A program made the translations under genes and the position numbers. Below the pieces are notes generated by a model. That model ran no database searches. It was not told the origin of the DNA and saw only the letters and a list, made by a program, of their open reading frames with translations. From a virus (taxonomy: Duplodnaviria > Caudoviricetes): a stretch of 39,594 bases of DNA. The stretch covers positions 1 to 39,594 of the IMG/VR virus record IMGVR_UViG_3300012952_000007. One strand, given 5' to 3'. Of this stretch, positions 1-6,662 are shown in pieces (position 1 is the stretch's first letter; the number at the start of each line of letters is the position of its first letter).

Positions 1-123
1 CCCGGCTAGCGCTCCTGGGTACTCCCCCTTCCCCAGTTTCTGACAATGAACACCGTTCACTTAATGGGCGCTTGTCGCTAGATGAAGGCCATTCATTAGT
101 GAAAGTTTACATAATGCCTATTA
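1..123. repeat. Terminal direct repeat, left copy (123 bp); complete circular or terminally redundant phage genome
   Basis: 1-123 (cccggctagc...ataatgcctatta) is identical to 39472-39594. May be an assembly overlap or a real terminal repeat. Confidence 0.95.
47..95. promoter_or_regulatory. Two palindromic TGAA-N5-TTCA boxes (putative protein-binding sites)
   Basis: TGAAcaccgTTCA at 47-59 and TGAAggccaTTCA at 83-95, 36 bp apart, next to the dif-like site. Confidence 0.35.
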
Positions 124-131
124 TCGGACGC
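104..131 (-). other. dif: dif-like XerC/XerD recombination site
   Basis: Minus strand reads GCGTCCGATAA-TAGGCA-TTATGTAAACT, the 11-6-11 architecture of dif (E. coli GGTGCGCATAA-TGTATA-TTATGTTAAAT), in non-coding DNA. Confidence 0.8.
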
Positions 132-444
132 ATTATTTCAGGGGTTGACTCGTTGCCCATGCTTGTGGTAGTCGCGCGCTCGTGAGCTATATATATAGGT
201 GAGGGATTTGCTATTTTTCCTAGGGTATCGCCCCCTGTAGAGAAGCATGGCCCTAATAAACCTCAACCTAAACCATCCCTATAACCTGCCCTATCTAGTC
301 TATAGACCTATGCCCTAGGATGCGCTTAGAGCACTTCTGACGGGCTTTAGGGTCTTAGCCTTAGTCTGGTACCTAAAATCTCGTTTGGAACATTGGCCTT
401 CAGTGCAGCGTTTAGAAGTTTATGAAAATAATTTGCCGAATTGC

Positions 445-473
445 TTGACGTATCGAAATAACTAGTATCTAAT
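445..473 (+). promoter_or_regulatory. sigma70-type early promoter
   Basis: TTGACG (445-450), 17-nt spacer, TCTAAT (468-473), with an AT-rich UP-like tract upstream; predicted start near 480. Confidence 0.6.
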
Positions 474-483
474 AAAACCACAT

Positions 484-515
484 CATAGCTAATAAGTTAT
501 GCGCTCTTTTACAAC
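484..515 (+). promoter_or_regulatory. boxB-like hairpin plus boxA antitermination element
   Basis: Hairpin CATAGCT-aata-AGTTATG (484-501) directly followed by CGCTCTTTTACAAC (502-515); compare rrn boxA TGCTCTTTAACA and lambda nut boxA CGCTCTTA. Confidence 0.6.
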
Positions 516-766
516 TCGGCACTAGAACCTTCAAACGTGGGGGGCTCGACAAGGGTCTTACGCTAGTAGATGAGGGTGAGCATATCAAAGCTCACATGGT
601 GTCAGTTGCTTTCGGAGTGGCTGATATGTCCCAAGGTGATAGAGTTCAAACCCTATCGCTGACATGTCGCAAAGCTATTCATTGACAATCAAACCCTACC
701 AGACCATTCAACAAAACATCTTTATAAGTGTGCGGATAAGCACTTGATAATGTGGACACGTACACA

Positions 767-814
767 AGTTTAGCCTGTTGCGTTGTATGCAATGGTAGGC
801 AAACTCTTTTCTTT
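767..814 (+). terminator. Candidate intrinsic terminator/attenuator within the leader
   Basis: Stem AGTTT-GCCT...AGGC-AAACT followed by CTTTTCTTT. Confidence 0.4.
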
Positions 815-961
815 ATCCCTAGTTAGTCAATTGGTAGGCATAGGCTTATGCCTATGCTCTACCTTTTGACTGGCGACCAAAGTGCATAATACTTATGTGC
901 TTTGGTTGCTAGTCAATCCCGATTAGCAAGGTAGACGGTTGTACCGTCAAAGGGGTTAAAG

Positions 962-1531
962 ATGAGTAAGAAGAAAGTACAGACTAGCGTTGAAACAAAA
1001 ATTAGTCAATTCACTGTAAAGGTCGCAAGACAAGTGGTGGATGGCATTGACAACGGTATAACAACTAGCCCTGATAATACCTATCAGGTATTAGACGGTA
1101 AGGCCTACTTGAATTCTAATTCAAAGTTTGGTTCGGTTAGCCTAGACGACCTAGATTACATCTCTAATGAGGTAAGCATGGTTTTATGGGGCGCAGGCGT
1201 AAAAAACCTTACTGGCCCTACTAAGGGTAAGGCATCAAAGTCACAGGCTAGAAGCTACGTTTTACACGTAGCGGCAAAGCTATTCAGGCTACTTATTGAA
1301 GCTGAGGAGCATGACGAAATGGAGATGCTAGTGCTCAAGCAGCTTGTTGGTAATAACTATCAGTCTATACGCGACAATAGGGACGCGGCGGAGCGTGAAA
1401 GACAGCGCATGCAACGCGCTAATAATATCAACAAGACATTGGAGTCAGTGAACAAACTAGATAGCTCTATCTTAGAGCAACTATCCGGATTAACTCCAGA
1501 GCAACTGGCAGCAATGCTAGCCAAGGCGTAA
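962..1531 (+). CDS. First early protein, hypothetical, C-terminal coiled coil
   Basis: 189-aa ORF preceded by SD AAAGGGGT; no family recognised. Confidence 0.8.
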   Translation: MSKKKVQTSVETKISQFTVKVARQVVDGIDNGITTSPDNTYQVLDGKAYLNSNSKFGSVSLDDLDYISNEVSMVLWGAGVKNLTGPTKGKASKSQARSYVLHVAAKLFRLLIEAEEHDEMEMLVLKQLVGNNYQSIRDNRDAAERERQRMQRANNINKTLESVNKLDSSILEQLSGLTPEQLAAMLAKA

Positions 1532-1536
1532 AGGGG

Positions 1537-1604
1537 TATTGCCCTACTTAGGTAGGGTAGTGCTTAGGGTACATATATGTAGTGTATGTGTATCCTAAGG
1601 ACTA
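1537..1604 (+). promoter_or_regulatory. Intergenic overlapping hairpins (putative RNase III processing site)
   Basis: Stem 1537-1562 (11 bp with G-U) overlaps stem 1558-1604 (~21 bp, one G.G mismatch); SD follows. Confidence 0.5.
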
Positions 1605-1620
1605 ATAAGAAAGGGGTATT

Positions 1621-1752
1621 ATGTTAGATCAACATGACCGTATAGCGGAGATAGCTCCATGGATTAATTATCAATGGGAGATCCTTACTATCACATTTGT
1701 GGTAGTAGGACTCTTCCTTTGCTTGGGTGTATACCTAAGTGAGGATGATTAA
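1621..1752 (+). CDS. Small membrane protein (43 aa), not in ORF track
   Basis: SD GAAAGGGGT plus ATG; MLDQHDRIAEIAPWINYQWEILTITFVVVGLFLCLGVYLSEDD, one hydrophobic helix. Confidence 0.7.
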   Translation: MLDQHDRIAEIAPWINYQWEILTITFVVVGLFLCLGVYLSEDD

Positions 1753-1761
1753 AGTGGGGCC

Positions 1762-1876
1762 CTAGGCTGCAAGCTTCTCTTGTAGTCTAGTGCATAAAGC
1801 ACTACAGGACTAATGAATAGGGCTTGTGGTCCTAGCTTAGGCTAGGGCTTCAACCTCTACATATTAGTAGAGAAAG
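1762..1876 (+). promoter_or_regulatory. Intergenic hairpin cluster with repeated 25-mer, copy 1
   Basis: Stems 1762-1790, 1788-1804 and 1828-1849, then AACCTCTACATATTAGTAGAGAAAG at 1852-1876. Confidence 0.5.
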
Positions 1877-1887
1877 AAAGGGGTAGT

Positions 1888-2184
1888 ATGAATATAGAAT
1901 TTGAGCGTAGATGCAAAATCTACGAACAAGAAGACAGTGGCAAAGTCGATATAGGCATGCGCTATGCCGTATTCATTAATCATGAGTATGAGGGAGACCT
2001 TGTACTCATGAGAGATGTGCATGGTGTATCTATAAAGCTTGAAACATTCAAAGTCTATGAGTCTATGGAAATAGACTACAGGGACTCAGGCTTCATAACC
2101 GAGAGTGAGATGCTGAAGTTGGCTGCCTATGAATTAGCGCAGGGCTATGACGCTGCATACTTTGAGATGAGCGCTAATGTTTGA
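1888..2184 (+). CDS. Hypothetical early protein
   Basis: 98-aa ORF with SD GAAAGGGGT. Confidence 0.75.
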   Translation: MNIEFERRCKIYEQEDSGKVDIGMRYAVFINHEYEGDLVLMRDVHGVSIKLETFKVYESMEIDYRDSGFITESEMLKLAAYELAQGYDAAYFEMSANV

Positions 2185-2347
2185 TGACAACAAAGTATAC
2201 TTCATAACAGGACGTAAGCTCAACAGGCTATTGCGTCTATGTGAAGCAATACACAAAGGTAAATACAAGTACCCATTAGATATAGCTAAAGAGATCGGTG
2301 AAGGCGTTGGTCTTTACTGGAAGGATGAATGGATTACTAGTGACTAG
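2177..2347 (+). CDS. Hypothetical early protein (56 aa), not in ORF track
   Basis: ATG overlaps upstream gene by 8 nt; MFDDNKVYFITGRKLNRLLRLCEAIHKGKY...WITSD fills the gap before the next hairpin. Confidence 0.65.
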   Translation: MFDDNKVYFITGRKLNRLLRLCEAIHKGKYKYPLDIAKEIGEGVGLYWKDEWITSD

Positions 2348-2403
2348 GGCTTATAAGCCTAATGTAAATTAGGCTTATAACCTCTACATATTAGTAGAGA
2401 AAG
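2345..2403 (+). promoter_or_regulatory. Intergenic hairpin with repeated 25-mer, copy 2
   Basis: Perfect 13-bp stem with GTAA (GNRA) loop at 2351-2380; AACCTCTACATATTAGTAGAGAAAG at 2379-2403. Confidence 0.55.
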
Positions 2404-2412
2404 GGAGGGGGT

Positions 2413-2574
2413 ATAAGAAAACATAAGCTGTTTATGTATTGGAAAAATGGGCAATGGCATGGACCTATTAGGCTTAAGAAGCCTATGGGTTCCTGCCAAG
2501 CGCAAAGTTTCCTTAAGCAAAACTATGGTGCAGAGAAGATAATGATAGCTGCACCTAATTGGGAGAAGCTATGA
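2413..2574 (+). CDS. Hypothetical protein (53 aa) with apparent ATA start; paralog of 3352-3588
   Basis: SD GGAGGGGGT then ATA; RKHKLFMYWKNGQWHGPIRLKKP resembles KHEYWMYYIGDVEYGPIDKGKP; ATGA overlap with the next gene. Confidence 0.55.
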   Translation: MRKHKLFMYWKNGQWHGPIRLKKPMGSCQAQSFLKQNYGAEKIMIAAPNWEKL

Positions 2575-2795
2575 GACTACAAGTAAAACCAGCATATGGC
2601 AAAGACTATAAATCCAAGAAGGCAGTAATGGAAGCATGGAATAACAATAAAGACTTCATAATCCTTACTGTATTCTCCCCTCATTGCGGGAGGTATATCA
2701 ATAAGCAGGATGCGGATGATGCAATACCAAGCATAGAGGTAAGGTATCAAGGGCTAACAAAGCTAGTAATGCTAGAGAGGGGTAAGCACTATTAG
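2571..2795 (+). CDS. Conserved phage hypothetical protein
   Basis: PAYGKDYKSKKAVMEAWNNNKDF motif, which I recall from phage early genes; ATG at 2571 coupled to upstream stop. Confidence 0.75.
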   Translation: MRLQVKPAYGKDYKSKKAVMEAWNNNKDFIILTVFSPHCGRYINKQDADDAIPSIEVRYQGLTKLVMLERGKHY

Positions 2796-2796
2796 G

Positions 2797-2845
2797 TAGT
2801 AGGCGTAGCATAAGGACATCCTTGTGCTACTGCTAGTGTCTATTA
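2797..2845 (+). promoter_or_regulatory. Intergenic hairpin with asymmetric bulge (RNase III-like site)
   Basis: Upper stem 2805-2830, lower stem 2797-2804/2838-2845, 7-nt one-sided bulge; SD follows. Confidence 0.5.
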
Positions 2846-2868
2846 GTTAATTAAAGAAAGGGGTAAAA

Positions 2869-3075
2869 ATGTTTTCATTAAAAGCTAAGAATGGAACCAT
2901 AGTAGATGTACCTGTTGAGCATATCAACGGTATGGAATGTGCTGGCTACTGTATATACTGTGGAGAAGAAGCCTACTGTGTTGAGCCTGATGCTGAGAAG
3001 TATGGGTGTGAAGAATGTGGTAAGCGCGGTGTATATGGTGCTGAACAACTCCTACTTATGGGGAGGATAGCATAA
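2869..3075 (+). CDS. Zn-ribbon phage protein
   Basis: CIYC...VEPDA...CEECG..VYGAE, two CxxC pairs; SD GAAAGGGGT. Confidence 0.8.
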   Translation: MFSLKAKNGTIVDVPVEHINGMECAGYCIYCGEEAYCVEPDAEKYGCEECGKRGVYGAEQLLLMGRIA

Positions 3076-3341
3076 TGAACCACAATAAGAAGATGGATGC
3101 TAAGGCTTTAGTGGCTACACTATCTAAGTATGTGAACGTTATGTCACACTCGAGAGATGAAGTAGCCAAGGAAATACTTAGAGAGCATAGGACTCTACAG
3201 CAATCAATGTTTGGGCTAATGCTCTATGTCATAGAGCAGTGGTCTAAGCAGGAGCATTACGATCTTCGTAATGAGTATACTATTCAATCATCTAAGAAGA
3301 TAATGGAAGTGATGCACGATAGTCACATGCCATTTATATAA
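3075..3341 (+). CDS. Hypothetical phage protein
   Basis: 88 aa, EHRTLQQ...YDLRNE motif; TAATG coupling. Confidence 0.75.
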   Translation: MNHNKKMDAKALVATLSKYVNVMSHSRDEVAKEILREHRTLQQSMFGLMLYVIEQWSKQEHYDLRNEYTIQSSKKIMEVMHDSHMPFI

Positions 3342-3351
3342 GGGGTAAAGC

Positions 3352-3588
3352 ATGAAGCATGAATACTGGATGTACTATATAGGTGACGTGGAGTATGGGC
3401 CTATCGATAAAGGTAAGCCTGTTACTGCAAAGGAAATAAAAAGGTACATAAAGAAACGTCATGAGACTACAGGGGATATAAGGGTAATGCCTTATACGCC
3501 TTGGTGGGAAATGAACTATACACATAGTGTCACGGAGATTAGTACTGCAATGTGGAGGGATATTAATGCTAAGGAGAGTAACGTGTAG
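3352..3588 (+). CDS. Hypothetical early protein
   Basis: 78 aa; SD AAGGGGT. Confidence 0.7.
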   Translation: MKHEYWMYYIGDVEYGPIDKGKPVTAKEIKRYIKKRHETTGDIRVMPYTPWWEMNYTHSVTEISTAMWRDINAKESNV

Positions 3589-3739
3589 GTCGAAAGGCCA
3601 AAGGGTAGCAACCTTAATAGTGCACCTGTTAGGTGTATATGAAGCGCTAGTATTCGTAGCTACCTTAGGCAGGTATCAACCTGCTTGGGGCAAGCTTGAG
3701 TTCCTAGTGTCTGATATCTGCGACAAGCTGGAGGGATAA
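3566..3739 (+). CDS. Small hydrophobic protein
   Basis: GGAGG 7 nt before ATG at 3566; hydrophobic stretch; TAATG coupling to next gene. Confidence 0.55.
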   Translation: MLRRVTCRSKGQRVATLIVHLLGVYEALVFVATLGRYQPAWGKLEFLVSDICDKLEG

Positions 3740-3951
3740 TGAAACACCTTAAAAGGGTAAAGATGCAAGCTATGTGGCTTTTGCACCTACATAAGCATAG
3801 CAAAGGTCTAAGGGCAGTTGACATCAACCCCTTATTGAAGACCATACATGAGCTAGTCAACACCTACGTCAAGGATGGCTACATCTTTGACTATGAGATT
3901 AGGAAGCGAAGTAGAGAAGAGGTGCATAGGTTAGGAAGGATGGAGGGGTAA
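3739..3951 (+). CDS. Hypothetical early protein
   Basis: 70 aa, coupled at both ends, GGAGG SD. Confidence 0.7.
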   Translation: MKHLKRVKMQAMWLLHLHKHSKGLRAVDINPLLKTIHELVNTYVKDGYIFDYEIRKRSREEVHRLGRMEG

Positions 3952-4166
3952 TGAACGGACATAAGAATTGGAACCATTGGAACGTATCGCTATGGTTATT
4001 CAATGACGAAAAGCTATACAGGCTAATGGTTGGCATAGTAAGGCTGAGTTCTACTAAGGACCAGGCTGCTGGGTTGATACTTGGCTACTTACCAAAGCGT
4101 ACACCTGATGGAGCACCGTATACTTATACTAGTGTAAGGGCTGCGTTAGTGGGATGGGAGGATTAG
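3951..4166 (+). CDS. Conserved phage hypothetical protein
   Basis: NGHKNWNHWNVSLWLFNDE..Y and TPDG motifs, which I recall from phage early proteins. Confidence 0.8.
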   Translation: MNGHKNWNHWNVSLWLFNDEKLYRLMVGIVRLSSTKDQAAGLILGYLPKRTPDGAPYTYTSVRAALVGWED

Positions 4167-4179
4167 AGGGTAGTGTGAT

Positions 4180-4201
4180 AGGCATGAGGTAACTCGTGCC
4201 T
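4180..4201 (+). promoter_or_regulatory. Intergenic GNRA hairpin upstream of SD
   Basis: AGGCATGAG-gtaa-CTCGTGCCT followed by AGTGTCT...TAAAGAAAGGGGTAA, same flanks as the 2797-2868 element. Confidence 0.45.
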
Positions 4202-4237
4202 TGAGCAGTGTCTTATAACTAAAGAAAGGGGTAAGTT

Positions 4238-4912
4238 ATGAAGTTCTATGAAGGTCCAAGTGAGATCACCAGTGACATTATCATGGGGTATGTTGGGGCA
4301 TACAAGCGTCCTAGTAGAAATACTAAGACAGGTAAGATGGTCCAAGTTGGTGTCATGGCTAAGGCTGAAAGGCCTAATGTAGCACAGGAGACAGGCTTAG
4401 ATCGTTCGGTATGTGATAACTGCTCAATGCGTCCATTGATACATGGCAATGGTGTCGCCACTAAAGAGACCATAGACGGCAAGAAGTCTTGCTATGTTAA
4501 CACTGGCTGGAAGGCTAGTCAGTATGACATGTTGCAGAAGCAGGATGTTACTTATGATGATGCTGTTAGTATCATCAAAGACAGTAAGTTTCCTATTCGC
4601 TTTGGCGACTATGGTAACATGTCAGCTATTCCACGAGAAGTAATTGAGCCAATACTTAAGCTCACTAATGGTAGGCATACTATGTATGACTGGCGTTGGG
4701 CTAAGGCACCCTGGCTTAAGCATTATGCACAAGCAAGTGTAATGACTAAAGACCATGCACGTACTGCCCAGGCTATGGGATTCAAAACCTTTAGACAGGG
4801 TACAGAGAGAATGAAAGGAGAGGCATGGTGTCTCTACTATAAGAATGGTACGCAATGTGCCGACTGTTTACTATGCAATGGTAAGCAAAACATAGTGATA
4901 CCTAATCACTAG
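4238..4912 (+). CDS. Cys-rich phage protein, possibly Fe-S binding / radical-SAM-related
   Basis: NTKTG, CDNC...CYV, RFGDYG, ASV, GFKTF, and C-terminal C...CADCLLC...IVIPNH motifs; no canonical CxxxCxxC. Confidence 0.6.
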   Translation: MKFYEGPSEITSDIIMGYVGAYKRPSRNTKTGKMVQVGVMAKAERPNVAQETGLDRSVCDNCSMRPLIHGNGVATKETIDGKKSCYVNTGWKASQYDMLQKQDVTYDDAVSIIKDSKFPIRFGDYGNMSAIPREVIEPILKLTNGRHTMYDWRWAKAPWLKHYAQASVMTKDHARTAQAMGFKTFRQGTERMKGEAWCLYYKNGTQCADCLLCNGKQNIVIPNH

Positions 4913-4922
4913 AGGAGGGGTA

Positions 4923-5141
4923 ATGGAGAAGGAATTAGTAGTGAAGATATACTGCACCGTAACAAAGGCGCAGGTCATGGAGCTATGTGCTGAGCACGAT
5001 GTATCATGGGAAGATATCTATGATGAGGCTTGTGATGAGGATACTCTGAGAAGCTACATAGAATACGAAGGGCTACAAGATATAAACGTAGATGAAGAAG
5101 AGTACATAGAGTGGTGTATAGATAACTATGAGGAGGGGTAA
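4923..5141 (+). CDS. Small highly acidic protein
   Basis: 72 aa, D/E-rich; SD GAGGAGGGGT. Confidence 0.75.
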   Translation: MEKELVVKIYCTVTKAQVMELCAEHDVSWEDIYDEACDEDTLRSYIEYEGLQDINVDEEEYIEWCIDNYEEG

Positions 5142-5326
5142 TGAGGGTAAAAGATAGGTTCCCAAGCTCACACGAGCGAGAGGTACTAATCAAGTGGGCT
5201 ATGTCCTTAAGGGCAAGAGACCTACAGAATAAGTATAAGCAGGATGCAGTACGCATGTACTTCCTAGTAAAGATGTTTCCTGACATGAAGGCAGGGGAGA
5301 TTGTAGAGATAGTGGAGGGGGAATGA
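5141..5326 (+). CDS. Hypothetical early protein
   Basis: 61 aa; SD and TAATG coupling. Confidence 0.7.
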   Translation: MRVKDRFPSSHEREVLIKWAMSLRARDLQNKYKQDAVRMYFLVKMFPDMKAGEIVEIVEGE

Positions 5327-5742
5327 AACCATATAAGGGTAGAGAACTAAGAGATAACCAGAGGGTAAGGGTCTATAGAAACCTGAACAGAGGGGGCTAT
5401 TCAGTGCTCTCTTGGGAAGGCCCAGATAAAGGGTTAGTAGTAGCCCATTGCGATACTATAGCCCTGTATTCTGCTAGGTTTATAGTTCAGAAGTCAGGCT
5501 GGCAAAGGTTCTGGGATACTGGGAGAAAAAATGTCCACGCCTATGTAGAAGGCAATGTAAACAATCCACCTGGAGTGGTTAGCTCTTGGGGTAGGGTAGT
5601 ATATGAACCGCTTGTTAGGCCAGCCTTCCAGCTAAGTGTAGGAGGACGACGCAACTATTCAATAACAGCAGCAAACCACGTTGTCATGCAGGAGAGCATA
5701 AGGGTAGGAGGTGCCATTGAACTATCGACCGGGGCAGTATAA
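5323..5742 (+). CDS. Conserved phage hypothetical protein
   Basis: VRVYRNL...SV...GLVVAH...RKNVHAYV motif, which I recall as widespread in phages. Confidence 0.8.
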   Translation: MKPYKGRELRDNQRVRVYRNLNRGGYSVLSWEGPDKGLVVAHCDTIALYSARFIVQKSGWQRFWDTGRKNVHAYVEGNVNNPPGVVSSWGRVVYEPLVRPAFQLSVGGRRNYSITAANHVVMQESIRVGGAIELSTGAV

Positions 5743-5974
5743 AGCTTCAGAGCTTATAGAGATACTGTCTAACTATGAGGAGGACTTTCATGTCTTCCGC
5801 ATTGAGTACTACTACATAAACAAAGCTATACATATATCTGGAAGGACACCGACCAGGAGGTATAGAGATACATGGACTAGAAGAGGAGGTAAGTTTGTCA
5901 GAAGAGAATGCACAAGAGAAGAGTACCAAGCAAAAGCAAAAGCAGCGCTTGATAGTCTATCATCCCAACGGTGA
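5717..5974 (+). CDS. Hypothetical basic protein
   Basis: GGAGGT SD before TTG at 5717; fills the gap between neighbours. Confidence 0.55.
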   Translation: MNYRPGQYKASELIEILSNYEEDFHVFRIEYYYINKAIHISGRTPTRRYRDTWTRRGGKFVRRECTREEYQAKAKAALDSLSSQR

Positions 5975-6197
5975 TACTACATATACCACTGATTGGACTA
6001 AGGAGTTTGACTTAGCAGAGGTAGTCTACCTTGGGGACTATGTCCTTATAGTGGACGAGAATGCCAAGCTAAGGAATGAACCCATCAACCCAACAGCTAC
6101 AGCTATATGCATAATCTATGGAAGAGATGCAATCATAGCTGGAAAAGCAATACACATGCATAGGGATATGCTGTATGAGGACATCTTAAATGATTAG
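5895..6197 (+). CDS. DUF3846-like protein
   Basis: LIVDENAKLRNEPINPTAT...IAGKAI motif; GGAGGT SD plus TTG. Confidence 0.7.
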   Translation: MSEENAQEKSTKQKQKQRLIVYHPNGDTTYTTDWTKEFDLAEVVYLGDYVLIVDENAKLRNEPINPTATAICIIYGRDAIIAGKAIHMHRDMLYEDILND

Positions 6198-6408
6198 TTA
6201 TATAGGTGATGTAGAGAGTTTAATGAGGTTCTTGCAGAATGAAGACGCTGATAAGGAGAATGGCGTATGGAAACTGCAAGGGCATATGGTATTCAGGGGA
6301 GCGCAGGTAAGTATAGACGGGCATGCATCCTACTTTAAGAAGGGCAAGGCTATACTGCTTACCCCTGCATTAATCAGGAGGGTCTATGGCATACAGCATA
6401 CGCCATGA
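6190..6408 (+). CDS. Hypothetical protein
   Basis: 72 aa, 8-nt overlap with upstream gene, GAGG SD. Confidence 0.65.
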   Translation: MISYIGDVESLMRFLQNEDADKENGVWKLQGHMVFRGAQVSIDGHASYFKKGKAILLTPALIRRVYGIQHTP

Positions 6409-6415
6409 TATAGCC

Positions 6416-6526
6416 ATGTCCAGGTGGATCATAGAGAAGAACGGAAGGCCAGTGTATTTCAAGCCAACCTACGAGGAGGCTATAGATCTCCTTGAACTTC
6501 TGCGCACCCTGCATCCAACTGTATAG
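6416..6526 (+). CDS. Possible 36-aa protein
   Basis: MSRWIIEKNGRPVYFKPTYEEAIDLLELLRTLHPTV; no clear SD. Confidence 0.3.
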   Translation: MSRWIIEKNGRPVYFKPTYEEAIDLLELLRTLHPTV

Positions 6527-6662
6527 TTAAGCCTACATCATTAGGCAATTCAAAATCACAACCAAATAGAAATAAAAGTAATAAGTATCTCATACCTTAA
6601 TGTAACACTGCACGCTAGTGAAGATACATATATATGTGTGAGGTATAAAAACCGGAGGGATT

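Larger units (their letters stand above)
480..950 (+). ncRNA. Structured early leader / candidate ncRNA
   Basis: No long ORF; at least 8 stem-loops (576-595, 599-627, 635-660, 726-746, 767-805, 838-857, 866-916, 934-948). In the 24-bp stem 866-916 all four non-Watson-Crick positions are G-U on the + strand. Confidence 0.6.

Noticed and set aside
590-668. tRNA gene suggested by GTTCAAACC
   Set aside because: No D-arm, anticodon arm or acceptor stem in cloverleaf register; kept only as part of the structured leader.
1852-2403. Mini-CRISPR array from the palindromic 25-mer
   Set aside because: Only two copies, 527 bp apart, with genes between them.
3581-3583. ACG non-canonical start
   Set aside because: An in-frame ATG at 3566 with a well-spaced GGAGG explains the ORF.
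1532-4237. Integron attC cassette array
   Set aside because: No integrase or consistent RYYYAAC/GTTRRRY boxes; G-U bias points to RNA rather than ssDNA hairpins.
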